From the IMG/VR virus record IMGVR_UViG_3300035670_000159, positions 7,182 through 71,181 of that record: a stretch of DNA of 64,000 nt; one strand, given 5' to 3'. Of this stretch, positions 17,462 to 26,157 are shown piece after piece. This stretch comes from a virus. Every line of letters begins with the position of its first letter. Position 1 is the stretch's first letter. The notes beneath the pieces are model-generated. The model worked only from the letters and a program-made list of their open reading frames with translations, was not told the origin of the DNA and did no database searches. Both the position numbers and the translations under genes were made by a program.

Positions 17462-19213
17462 TTGATGGGGAAGAAAGAAGATTTTGAAGACGGAGAACTT
17501 CTATATCACACTGCTTGCATTGGAGAAGATTGCACAAGTAGTGATGCTATGGCTGTGTATAAAAAGAAAGACGGAAAGCTAGATGCTTTCTGTTTTAGTT
17601 GTCAAGGGTACTTTAATGATTCAGAACTTGATGACGCTGGAGTAACACTACAAGAAACAAAGGTGCATAAAATTAAAGATATTGAAGTTGACTTTTCTTC
17701 TATTGAGAGCATTAAATGCAGAGGCTGGAAAGAACGGGGCATTACTCGATTCACCAGTGAGAAGTACGGAGTACACACAGAGCTAGACGAAGAGAATAAT
17801 GTAGTCTCTCGTTATTACCCTGTCACAAGTAACGGTAAGGTTGTAGGGTACAAAAAACGCACACTACCAAAGACTTTTATTGGTATCGGTAACACGAAGG
17901 CTTCAAATGAACTCTTTGGCCAAAGTGTATTTGAATCAGGTCAGAAGTACCTTGTAGTTACTACAGGTGAAGAAGACGCTATGGCATTCGCTGAAGTGCT
18001 TCGGAATACTTCTGGTGGTGTAGAGTACTGGACTCCTTGTGTCTCTATCACGGCTGGTGACGGAAGTATCATTAAGCAGTTCAAAGCTAACTATGAATAC
18101 CTAGCATCCTTCTCCAAAGTCGTGTTGGCATTCGATAACGATGAACCGGGTCAACGATATCTTGAAGAAGCTGCACGTATTCTTCCACCGGGGAAAGCTT
18201 TTATTGCTAAGTTTCCTCGTGATATCAAGGATGCTTGTGATATGCTCAAAGCCGGTAAGGCTGCTGAACTCAAGCAAGTGTTCTGGAAAGCTGAACCTTT
18301 TAGTCGCGTAGACGTTCTACACCTCTCTCAGATGTGGGATGACTTTGAGAATGAAGATTCCAACGTTAAGATTCCATTTCCGGGTGCTTGGAGTGGTCTT
18401 AATGAAATGATGAACGGTGGCATGGAGAAGGGTGAAATCACTGTCTTGGGTGCGTTGACCTCGATTGGTAAATCCACGTTGATTTCTAACATCGTGTATA
18501 ATCTAATTGAGAACACTAATTTCAAGGTTGGTACGATGTACTTGGAGAGCACCAAGCGAGAGGTTGTGCGCGACCTTCTTTCTCTTGATGCTGGGATTAA
18601 TCTTCGCACTAAAGCACGAGAAGGTATCGACATTGAAGCACTGAAGAAGCGATTCTTTGAAGGTCTAGCACGCAAGAACCAGTTCGTGTACGTTGACCAT
18701 CAGGGTAGTATTAGTACATCAGAAATCTTTGATAAGTTGAACTATCTTGCCAAGGCTGAAGGTTGCGATGTTATCGTGATAGACCCCGTGCAGGCGGGGG
18801 TTAATAGTTCTGATAATGGAGCTATCATTGAGTTCATGGATACGCTTTTGAAGTTCGCTAAGGAAACAGACACAGCTATCATTGCAGTGTCACACATGAA
18901 AAAGCCTTCAGAAGATAATCCTCATGCTGTAAGCGAATACCAGTTAATGGGTTCGTCGAGCATCAATCAGATTGCTTTCAACACAATTCTATTGAGTCGA
19001 GACAAGATGAACCCTGACCCAGTGAAAAAGTCAGCCACTAAGCTACAATTGGTGAAGTGTCGTAGAACGGGTAACACTGGTGAAGCAGGTTGGTTGAAGT
19101 ACGACCATGAAACAACGCACTTGTTTGCTACGTCTAACCCATATGAACAAGTAGTATCTGAGGATGAAGCACGAGAGTTGTCAAAACCTCAGAATGTAAA
19201 GATTGATTTTTAA
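17462..19213 (+). CDS. T7 gp4-like DNA primase-helicase
   Basis: N-terminal Cys4 zinc finger, TOPRIM (TGEEDA, FDND), DnaB-like helicase (SIGKST, VIVIDP, VSH, KCRRTG). Confidence 0.93.
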   Translation: MMGKKEDFEDGELLYHTACIGEDCTSSDAMAVYKKKDGKLDAFCFSCQGYFNDSELDDAGVTLQETKVHKIKDIEVDFSSIESIKCRGWKERGITRFTSEKYGVHTELDEENNVVSRYYPVTSNGKVVGYKKRTLPKTFIGIGNTKASNELFGQSVFESGQKYLVVTTGEEDAMAFAEVLRNTSGGVEYWTPCVSITAGDGSIIKQFKANYEYLASFSKVVLAFDNDEPGQRYLEEAARILPPGKAFIAKFPRDIKDACDMLKAGKAAELKQVFWKAEPFSRVDVLHLSQMWDDFENEDSNVKIPFPGAWSGLNEMMNGGMEKGEITVLGALTSIGKSTLISNIVYNLIENTNFKVGTMYLESTKREVVRDLLSLDAGINLRTKAREGIDIEALKKRFFEGLARKNQFVYVDHQGSISTSEIFDKLNYLAKAEGCDVIVIDPVQAGVNSSDNGAIIEFMDTLLKFAKETDTAIIAVSHMKKPSEDNPHAVSEYQLMGSSSINQIAFNTILLSRDKMNPDPVKKSATKLQLVKCRRTGNTGEAGWLKYDHETTHLFATSNPYEQVVSEDEARELSKPQNVKIDF

Positions 19214-19225
19214 GTAAAGGAAGCA

Positions 19226-21394
19226 ATGAGTAATAAAGACGTGATTTATGACTTGGAAACCTACAAGAACTGTTTTACATTTACCATTGCTTTAGCTAAT
19301 AACCCAGCAAAGATTCGTACCTTTGAAATCTCTGATCGAAAAGATGACACCGAAGAAATGCTGAAGTGCCTTCGTAATCTCATGAACCAAGGGTGGCGAA
19401 TGGTTGGATTCAATAACATTGGATTTGACTATCCTATTCTTCATGAGATTATGATGAAAGCTGCTAAGGCTAAGTCCGAAGGGGTAAAGCCTAAGTTCAC
19501 AGCTAAGTGGATTCAGAAGCTAGCACAAGAACAGATTAACTCCACGAAAGACGGAGGGTTTCCCAAGATTGTTAAAGATGAATTGATTCCGCAAGTTGAT
19601 TTGTATCTAATTAACCACTTCAATAACAAGGCTAAGGCTACTTCTCTGAAGATGCTTGAAGTCAATATGCGAAGTGAAAACGTAGAGGATTTACCATTTC
19701 CTTTTGATAAGGTTCTGACTTCAGATGAAATGGATATCTTGATTAAGTACAACCAACATGACGTGCTTCAGACTATGAAGTTCTATAACTACTGCAAGGA
19801 CGCTTTACAACTTCGTGAAGAACTCACGGAGAAGTTCGGGTTTGATTGCACGAATTACAACGATACGAAGATTGGTTCAGAGTTGTTTATTCGTACTCTT
19901 GAGAAAGAGCAACCGGGTAGTTGCTATGAGCAAACTTCTAGAGGTAGGAAGATGCGTCAAACAAAGCGAGATAAGATTGCTTTGAAAGATTGTCTTTTCT
20001 CTTATATCAAGTTTAACCGACCAGAGTTTCAGGCTGTTCATGAATGGTTTAAGACTCAAGTTATTACTGAAACAAAAGGAGTGTTTACTGATCTTCTTGA
20101 GCATAGACTAGGGGATGTAGCTAAGTATGCAGAAATGCTAACCAAGAAGAAGAAGATTAGTAATCCTGCTGATAATAAAGATAAGAAGTATGTACCTACA
20201 GAAAGTCACATTGCTAAGTTGCGCAAAGAACAGCCTCTTGGGTGGGTGGAAGAGAAAGAACTGAAGTCCCCTAAAGGAGCTAAGTCTTACTATTGGTGCT
20301 ATCGTATTGCTGAGACTCTGAATGTGGTCATTAATGGCTTCAGATACGACTATGGTGTTGGAGGAATTCATGGTGCAAAACAAGGTATTGTTCGGACAGA
20401 AGGTGACAAAGTGTTACGAACATTAGATGTTTCATCTTTTTACCCCAACATGGCAATTAGTAATAATCTACATCCTGCACACCTTGGAACAACGTTTTGT
20501 AGAGTGTATAAAAGCCTCTACGACGAAAGAAAGAGTCATCCTAAAGGCTCAGGTGCCAACGCTGCTCTGAAGCTTGCTCTGAATGCCTCCTATGGCAATA
20601 GTGCGAATGAGTTTAGTCCACTTTATGATCCAGCTTACACAATGGCTACTACAGTAGGAGGTCAACTTTCTTTGTGCATGTTGATGGAGAGATTGATTGA
20701 TGAATGTAGTGCAGAAATTATCATGTGTAACACTGATGGTTTTGAGTACTTGATTGATAAATCCTATATTGATAAAGCGGATTCTTTGGTGAAGGAGTGG
20801 GAAAATACTACTAAGCTAGAAATGGAAGGCGATACTTATGCTGTGATGTATATTGCAAACGTGAATAATTATATTTCGATAACTACTTCTGGTAAGGTAA
20901 AGACAAAGGGAGCATATGAAATTCCCGATTACAAAAAGGAAGGTTATAAAAATATCGCTTTTGAAAAACATGGTTGGCATAAAAACCACTCTGCTTTTGT
21001 CATTCCTTTAGCTGCAGTGGAGTTTCTTGTTAACGATAAACCTATTGAATACACAATCATGAATTGGGATAACCCTTACGATTTTTTGTTGAGAACTAAG
21101 GTTCCTCGTAGTAGTCGCTTAGTTTTGTGTTATGATGATGGGAGAGAAGAACTTCAACAAAATATTTGTAGGTACTATCCATCTGTCAATGGTGGAAAGT
21201 TAGTAAAAATTATGCCACCCTTGGAGCAAGGTGGGGAAGAGCGACGATTAGGTATTGACACTGATTGGAATGTGCAAACATGTAACAATATTAAGGATTT
21301 TACATGGAATCTAAATTATGATTACTACATCAGTGAAGCAAATAAATTAGTTAATGCTATAACAATAGGAGGAGATATAGTTGAAATGGAATGA
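19226..21394 (+). CDS. family B DNA polymerase with 3'-5' exonuclease
   Basis: ExoI YDLET; DVSSFYPN, KLALNASYG, CNTDG polymerase motifs. Confidence 0.92.
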   Translation: MSNKDVIYDLETYKNCFTFTIALANNPAKIRTFEISDRKDDTEEMLKCLRNLMNQGWRMVGFNNIGFDYPILHEIMMKAAKAKSEGVKPKFTAKWIQKLAQEQINSTKDGGFPKIVKDELIPQVDLYLINHFNNKAKATSLKMLEVNMRSENVEDLPFPFDKVLTSDEMDILIKYNQHDVLQTMKFYNYCKDALQLREELTEKFGFDCTNYNDTKIGSELFIRTLEKEQPGSCYEQTSRGRKMRQTKRDKIALKDCLFSYIKFNRPEFQAVHEWFKTQVITETKGVFTDLLEHRLGDVAKYAEMLTKKKKISNPADNKDKKYVPTESHIAKLRKEQPLGWVEEKELKSPKGAKSYYWCYRIAETLNVVINGFRYDYGVGGIHGAKQGIVRTEGDKVLRTLDVSSFYPNMAISNNLHPAHLGTTFCRVYKSLYDERKSHPKGSGANAALKLALNASYGNSANEFSPLYDPAYTMATTVGGQLSLCMLMERLIDECSAEIIMCNTDGFEYLIDKSYIDKADSLVKEWENTTKLEMEGDTYAVMYIANVNNYISITTSGKVKTKGAYEIPDYKKEGYKNIAFEKHGWHKNHSAFVIPLAAVEFLVNDKPIEYTIMNWDNPYDFLLRTKVPRSSRLVLCYDDGREELQQNICRYYPSVNGGKLVKIMPPLEQGGEERRLGIDTDWNVQTCNNIKDFTWNLNYDYYISEANKLVNAITIGGDIVEME

Positions 21395-22001
21395 GTATTT
21401 TTATTACGATGAAACAAGCCCAACAGGTTTGAGATGGAACAGAGATGTTTTTGCTGGTAGAACAGGTAAAAGTAGAATTGTTGCAAAAGGTGATGTAGCA
21501 GGAAACTTGGCGACCTATAAGAACGGTCTACCAAAATGTGTTGATGTTGGGTTTAACAATAAATTAGTTAAAGCACACAGAATAATCCATGAAATGTTGA
21601 TTGGAGAAATACCTAAAGGATACGTTGTGGATCACCTCGACCAGAATCCTTGGAACAACAAAGTTGAAAATTTATGTGCAAAACCAAAAGCCTTGAACCA
21701 CAGAAACACTAAAATGATTGCCACGAATACTTCTGGTGTTACAGGAGTAAGTTGGCAAACAATGAACAAAGGTAAGCACACTTATGCCGTGGGTGAAGTA
21801 AGGTTAAATGGGAAAAATTTCTCCGCACGTTTCGGTGTTCATCACTATGGGCTTCTTCCAGCTTTCAGGTTAGCATTCTTGTGGCGTGAAAACAAAATTA
21901 AGGAACTCAATGAAAAATTTGATGCTGGTTTTACTGAACTTCATGGTGTAGAATGCAAACACACTTCCACTACTTGTACAACTCCGAATTCTCCTGTATA
22001 A
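21381..22001 (+). CDS. free-standing HNH homing endonuclease with AP2-like C-terminus
   Basis: AHRII...VVDHLDQNPWNNKVENL...N; NTSGVTGV. Confidence 0.88.
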   Translation: MKWNEYFYYDETSPTGLRWNRDVFAGRTGKSRIVAKGDVAGNLATYKNGLPKCVDVGFNNKLVKAHRIIHEMLIGEIPKGYVVDHLDQNPWNNKVENLCAKPKALNHRNTKMIATNTSGVTGVSWQTMNKGKHTYAVGEVRLNGKNFSARFGVHHYGLLPAFRLAFLWRENKIKELNEKFDAGFTELHGVECKHTSTTCTTPNSPV

Positions 22002-22002
22002 T
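21974..22002 (+). promoter_or_regulatory. sigma70-type promoter at 3' end of HNH gene
   Basis: TTGTAC-17-TATAAT. Confidence 0.7.
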
Positions 22003-22024
22003 CAAACTCAGTGACTCAGGAACA

Positions 22025-22120
22025 GAACTCCAGCGAATCAGCATCCCTCGGTCTGACCTGATGAAACTTGCTCTGGTTTGCTGGGAGAGTTCGATTGATA
22101 AACTTGATACCGAAAGGGAG
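22025..22120 (+). ncRNA. candidate structured 5' leader (long hairpin with loop complementary to the RBS)
   Basis: GAACTC/GAGTTC plus 11-bp CAGCGAATCAG/CTGGTTTGCTG stem with G-U pairs; loop TCCCTCGGT vs ACCG(AA)AGGGA. Confidence 0.5.
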
Positions 22121-22124
22121 TAAA

Positions 22125-22517
22125 ATGATTCTTTACCATGCTGGACTATCAAAGATCAAGAAGTTCGACTTGTCCAAAGGTTGTCACTTTGGAAGTAAAG
22201 AGTCGGCACTAGAGGCTGCTCTAAGAAAAGTTGAACTCTTTGCAGAAGCAGCAATCTACTTGCACAAGGTCAGTGTCCCTGATGAGGTCATGCGTACATA
22301 TGAGACATTTGATGCAGGTTGCGAGGAAAACTGGAAATCTGTGATAGAATTCGCTGTTCTTTCTGGTCACAACTCAGTTAAATACATGAATAAGTACGAA
22401 CCTAGTTCTTGCCCTAGCTTTATCCTGCTAGAAGAATTGACTGATTGTGTAGTCTTAGAATCTGTAGTCACATACAATAGCGGCGACGTTGAGCAATATT
22501 TGACTACGTGCTTTTGA
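22125..22517 (+). CDS. hypothetical protein, possibly ADP-ribosyltransferase fold
   Basis: AGGGAG RBS; ILYHAG...GCHFGS...YMNKYE pattern. Confidence 0.55.
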   Translation: MILYHAGLSKIKKFDLSKGCHFGSKESALEAALRKVELFAEAAIYLHKVSVPDEVMRTYETFDAGCEENWKSVIEFAVLSGHNSVKYMNKYEPSSCPSFILLEELTDCVVLESVVTYNSGDVEQYLTTCF

Positions 22518-22523
22518 AAGAGA

Positions 22524-22775
22524 GTGATGCACAAGTACCAACAAAAGATTTGGACAAAACAGAGTCCTCGTGATAAGATGATCAGGAACCGTACTTTCGG
22601 TGTAACCCCAGGTTGCATCCCTGATCCAAAGAAAGGTTACAAACGATTTGAACGCTGGCTTAAACGTCCTCGGAAAGCTATTGAGTTGTATTGGCGAGTA
22701 CGAGGGGTTAAGACTTGGCGTGATATGCAAGGACGCAACGTGGTTGCGGCTGCTCTGTGTAATGGCTTACATTGA
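22524..22775 (+). CDS. basic hypothetical protein
   Basis: K/R-rich ORF in operon. Confidence 0.55.
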   Translation: MMHKYQQKIWTKQSPRDKMIRNRTFGVTPGCIPDPKKGYKRFERWLKRPRKAIELYWRVRGVKTWRDMQGRNVVAAALCNGLH

Positions 22776-22805
22776 AGTAGCAAAAATACAACACAGTAAA
22801 AAAGA

Positions 22806-22835
22806 TTGCACAGAGTAAAGTGCTTGTGCTATAAT
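22806..22835 (+). promoter_or_regulatory. sigma70-type promoter for the tRNA locus
   Basis: TTGCAC-18-TATAAT with TG extension, 9 nt before tRNA 5' end. Confidence 0.75.
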
Positions 22836-22844
22836 TCAGGTTAT

Positions 22845-23382
22845 GCAACAGTAGCTCAGAGGTGAGAGCAGAGAAGAAGTAGGAGGAGGAATTGAAAAGA
22901 AAACAAGCAGAATACCCATACAATGATTTTTGGATTTATAAGGTTTGGCATAAACAAGAAGGAAGATGGCAAGCCAATCTGATTAGAAAATCAAACACAG
23001 ATGATAGAACAACTATTTCGTATGCACGATATGTGCTGTCGGTATTTTTAGGTAGAATTTTAGATTCTAAAACCGAGCACGTAGACCACATAGACAATGA
23101 TAAATCTAACGATTCAATAGAAAATCTTCAGATTCTTACCCCAGAGCAGAATAAAGAAAAACAAGAGTTATTGTACAGGTCGCTAAACCCAAAATTTATA
23201 GTGCTAGACTGCTACGTTTGTGGTGCAAAGTTTAACTACATAGCTCGAAATTTTAAATTTCACCAGAGTAAAGGAAGGTATAAGTTTTATTGTTCTAAGG
23301 ATTGTGTCCATGAAAATTTACGAAACAAAACACTAGTATAGTATTTCTTTGGCCGTCTGTTCGATTCAGACTTGTTGCACCA
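22845..23382 (+). tRNA. interrupted tRNA (Thr-like); halves 22845-22875 and 23345-23382 separated by 469 nt in place of the anticodon loop
   Basis: acceptor GCAACAG/TTGTTGC + A + CCA; D arm GCTC-AGAGGTGA-GAGC; anticodon stem GAGAA/TTCTT; T arm GTCTG-TTCGATT-CAGAC. Confidence 0.85.
22892..23341 (+). CDS. HNH endonuclease with C-terminal zinc finger, inside the tRNA anticodon loop
   Basis: EHVDHIDNDKSNDSIENLQILTPEQN; CYVC...YCSKDC; AGGAGG RBS, TTG start. Confidence 0.88.
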   Translation: MKRKQAEYPYNDFWIYKVWHKQEGRWQANLIRKSNTDDRTTISYARYVLSVFLGRILDSKTEHVDHIDNDKSNDSIENLQILTPEQNKEKQELLYRSLNPKFIVLDCYVCGAKFNYIARNFKFHQSKGRYKFYCSKDCVHENLRNKTLV

Positions 23383-23388
23383 AGTTAT

Positions 23389-23474
23389 GCGAGTATGATG
23401 GAATAGGTAGTCATACCGGATTTAAAATCCGATGCCTTTTAGGCGTGCCAGTTCGAGTCTGGCTACTCGCACCA
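23389..23474 (+). tRNA. tRNA-Leu(TAA)
   Basis: GCGAGTA/TACTCGC-A-CCA; loop TT-TAA-AA; long variable arm; GTTCGAGT T loop. Confidence 0.92.
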
Positions 23475-23497
23475 AGGTTTTAATGAAAGGAAATAAC

Positions 23498-23869
23498 ATG
23501 ACACGATTGATTTCAATCAAAGCAGTATCTGAACTGCCAGAGGCTTTTAAGGATAAGGTATCCTTTCAAGTCGTAGATAATAACGTAGAGGCTGTAGTGA
23601 TTACTCTAGGAGAAGAAACTCTACGGATTGTCGGCACTGATACCTACAGTAAAAATGTAAAGGTTCTAAAGACTCAACCTAAGAAGGAAGTCACTAAGTA
23701 TAAGCTCAGTGGTATTGTTGGAGGTCTTACGATGCAACCTGAGATGTTTGATTCTGAACACGAAGCTGACGAGAAACGTAAGAGTTATGAATACAAGTTT
23801 AACTTCGGTGAAGTCGAGTTGAAGATTGAACCTGTAGTAGAATACGTAGACGAAGAAAAGATTTCCTAA
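23498..23869 (+). CDS. hypothetical protein
   Basis: GAAAGGA RBS before MTRLIS; the longer ORF-track start overlaps tRNA-Leu. Confidence 0.75.
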   Translation: MTRLISIKAVSELPEAFKDKVSFQVVDNNVEAVVITLGEETLRIVGTDTYSKNVKVLKTQPKKEVTKYKLSGIVGGLTMQPEMFDSEHEADEKRKSYEYKFNFGEVELKIEPVVEYVDEEKIS

Positions 23870-23877
23870 TCGGAAAA

Positions 23878-23945
23878 GAAGTTCGTGATCTTCCTTAAAA
23901 TCACATTTTTAAAACTTAACTAACTCTGACAAGGAGAAAATTACA
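23878..23945 (+). promoter_or_regulatory. candidate H-type pseudoknot and AU-rich translational operator of SSB
   Basis: S1 GAAG/CTTC, S2 GTGAT/ATCAC, then unstructured AU-rich leader to RBS. Confidence 0.45.
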
Positions 23946-24602
23946 ATGACACAAGAAACACAACCACAAACCATCTCTGGTGTATTTGCTTACGCAAAGA
24001 TTCAAGAGCCTGCGTTTAAGTACCAGAGCACTACCGAAAAGGAATTCTCGATTGACATTATAGTAGACAAGGCGACCGCTAAGGCTTTCGGTAAGCAGTT
24101 CCCCAAGCAGAAGGGTAAACAAGTTGATAACGATGACTTTGAGGAAATCTACAAGATGCCTCCTCCATTTCCTGACCAAGACGAACAGTATGTTCTAAAG
24201 CTGAAGCGCCCTGCTCAATACAAGGACGGTAAGCCTCTTCCAGAATCTTACTGGCCGAAGGTCATGCAAAAGAAGGGCGGTAAGGCTGTTCAGATTCCTC
24301 GTGAAGTTCTGGTTGGTAATGGCTCTACTGGTAAGGTTTCGTATGATGTTAACGAGAACGATTACGGCACCTTTGCAAAGCTCAAGAACATTCTTGTTGA
24401 AGATTTGAAGGAGTACAAGAAGACTGGGGGCAGTGGTGCTGATGACTTCGGCTTGGAGCTTGAAGAACCTACTGCCGATGAGTTTGGTTCTGCTGATGAT
24501 GGCGAAGGTAATGAAGTGAAGGTGCCTGCAAAGGCTGTTAAGACTTCTACGAAGGCTAGTAAGAAGAGTGCTGAACCAGAAGAATCGGACAGCCCCTTCT
24601 GA
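23946..24602 (+). CDS. single-stranded DNA-binding protein (T7 gp2.5-like)
   Basis: FAYAKIQEP...VGNGSTG; acidic tail ending EESDSPF; replication context. Confidence 0.8.
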   Translation: MTQETQPQTISGVFAYAKIQEPAFKYQSTTEKEFSIDIIVDKATAKAFGKQFPKQKGKQVDNDDFEEIYKMPPPFPDQDEQYVLKLKRPAQYKDGKPLPESYWPKVMQKKGGKAVQIPREVLVGNGSTGKVSYDVNENDYGTFAKLKNILVEDLKEYKKTGGSGADDFGLELEEPTADEFGSADDGEGNEVKVPAKAVKTSTKASKKSAEPEESDSPF

Positions 24603-24710
24603 TGCGATATAAAGCCCCTTAAAGGCACTTTCTAGGCCAGGTAATACCCTTGCCTACCTAGATTACTTAAAAGGGCTGGTAGAGCGTTTTAAAGCGTTCT
24701 AGGGCCTTCT
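24603..24710. repeat. dispersed helically phased element, copy 3
   Basis: TTAA/CTAG/GTAG at 24619, 24632, 24667, 24679, 24689, 24699 around core GGTAATACCCTTGCCTACC. Confidence 0.6.
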
Positions 24711-24712
24711 AT

Positions 24713-24786
24713 CCTCGGTTATCATAACTGGACAATGAACGAATCTTCTAAATTCGACTATACTCGTTCAAATCGAGTACCGAGGG
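24713..24786 (+). tRNA. tRNA-Arg(TCT), CCA not encoded
   Basis: CCTCGGT/ACCGAGG; CGAAT-CTTCTAA-ATTCG; ACTCG-TTCAAAT-CGAGT. Confidence 0.85.
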
Positions 24787-25111
24787 CAGAGGGTCTTAGA
24801 ACTAAAATATTTGAAAGGAGAAATCAAATGAATAAAATCTGGGTAGTAACACAACGAGGTATCCCAATCATGGCGTATAATCAATCTGAAGTAACTCCAC
24901 TTGAACTGTGGGAGAAGCATTTGGGTTGTTCTGTGTTTGATGTTGAAGTTCAATAAGGAGGTTTAGATGAAATATGTAGCTAAGTTCGTAAATGGATATT
25001 GGGTTTCGTTTAACACAGAAACTTACGAGAACACACAAGTCTTTTATCTGCGTAAGGATGCAGAAGAAGCTGTGAAGAAGATGAATAGTAACCAACGAGG
25101 AGGTAAGTGAT

Positions 25112-25303
25112 ATGCAAAAGACTATCCAACGAAAGCCCATTACAGCATGGGCAGTAGAAATTGACGGAACCTTGGAGGACTTGGCTGTGATTCCTACACG
25201 AGCAATGGCACGACAAGTGCGAAATCAACTTATCAAGTACGATCCGGTGATTACAAAAGCTACGGTGCGTAAGGTTGTTCTGCAAGTTGTACCGGGGCGT
25301 TGA
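25112..25303 (+). CDS. hypothetical protein
   Basis: AGGAGG RBS. Confidence 0.7.
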   Translation: MQKTIQRKPITAWAVEIDGTLEDLAVIPTRAMARQVRNQLIKYDPVITKATVRKVVLQVVPGR

Positions 25304-25608
25304 TCATGAGTGAGATTCTCAAGACCATTCTGTTGAAAGACGAAGAAGAGGCTAAGTACTTTGCATGGGGTGATCATCAGGACTTTGACATTGTAGAAAC
25401 CGTTAAGGACTATGACGCTCTTTATAAGGATTACTGTCCTGCAACTACAATTGCAAAGCATATTGAAACTGGTAAGTTCTATGCTCTTGATTGGGATTCT
25501 TATGAAAGCCACTACGGTTGTGGAGAGAACATGTTCAATGAACTTTCTGTCTATGAAGTAGAGCAACAAGAAGAAGTCCGAGTAACTAAAACATGGGTGG
25601 CAGTTTGA
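25300..25608 (+). CDS. acidic hypothetical protein
   Basis: coupled ORF. Confidence 0.7.
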   Translation: MIMSEILKTILLKDEEEAKYFAWGDHQDFDIVETVKDYDALYKDYCPATTIAKHIETGKFYALDWDSYESHYGCGENMFNELSVYEVEQQEEVRVTKTWVAV

Positions 25609-25785
25609 CTAACTACGAAACATTTGTTCTGACAATTGGATATATCGCTTTCATCTTGTTCATCCTTGCTGTGATTGGTATCGGTGGTGTACTGACGGTT
25701 ATTGCAGCAGGGATTGCTTTGGTGGGGTATTATCCGATTAAGGTGTTTGGCTGGCTTGATGGTAAGCTTTTAAGAAAGGAAATAA

Positions 25786-25989
25786 ATGAAATACGTTGCT
25801 GTTATTGGTGCTTTGGTTGTGCTGCTTGGGGTTATTATTGCAGGCCCATTGTTGACCATTGCCTCGTTGAATACGTTGTTTGGTTTGAACATCGCCTATA
25901 CACTAGGAACTTACTTTAGTGTTATGTGGCTTAACCTTGCTACCTTCGGTGGTTTGGGTTTGTCGATTCGTAGTTTGAAGAAGGGTTGA
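25786..25989 (+). CDS. small membrane protein
   Basis: two hydrophobic segments; GAAAGGA RBS. Confidence 0.7.
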   Translation: MKYVAVIGALVVLLGVIIAGPLLTIASLNTLFGLNIAYTLGTYFSVMWLNLATFGGLGLSIRSLKKG

Positions 25990-26157
25990 TATGTTTACAC
26001 TAAAAGATTTTGTAATTGCTTTCGAAAAGTGGGAGAATGATTACCGAGTTAATCCCACTAACTACTACACGCCAGATGAAACAGCAGGATTGGAAGTCAG
26101 TGCTGTGTCTGTCGGTCGTGCTGAATATTTTATGGATTTGTTGACTGAAAATAAGGA

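Noticed and set aside
22058-22067. Hammerhead ribozyme core (CTGATGA)
   Set aside because: No stem II followed by GAAA in the required geometry; the same holds for TGATGAG at 57797.
22845-23382. tmRNA or group I intron explanation for the split tRNA
   Set aside because: It has a full D stem, A3-U70 rather than G3-U70, and an ORF with its own RBS, so it is not tmRNA. Only 19 non-coding nt in the insert leaves no room for a ribozyme core.
24735-24827. 5' extensions of ORFs 24735..24956 and 23432..23869
   Set aside because: They run through tRNA genes; RBS-supported starts are at 24828 and 23498.
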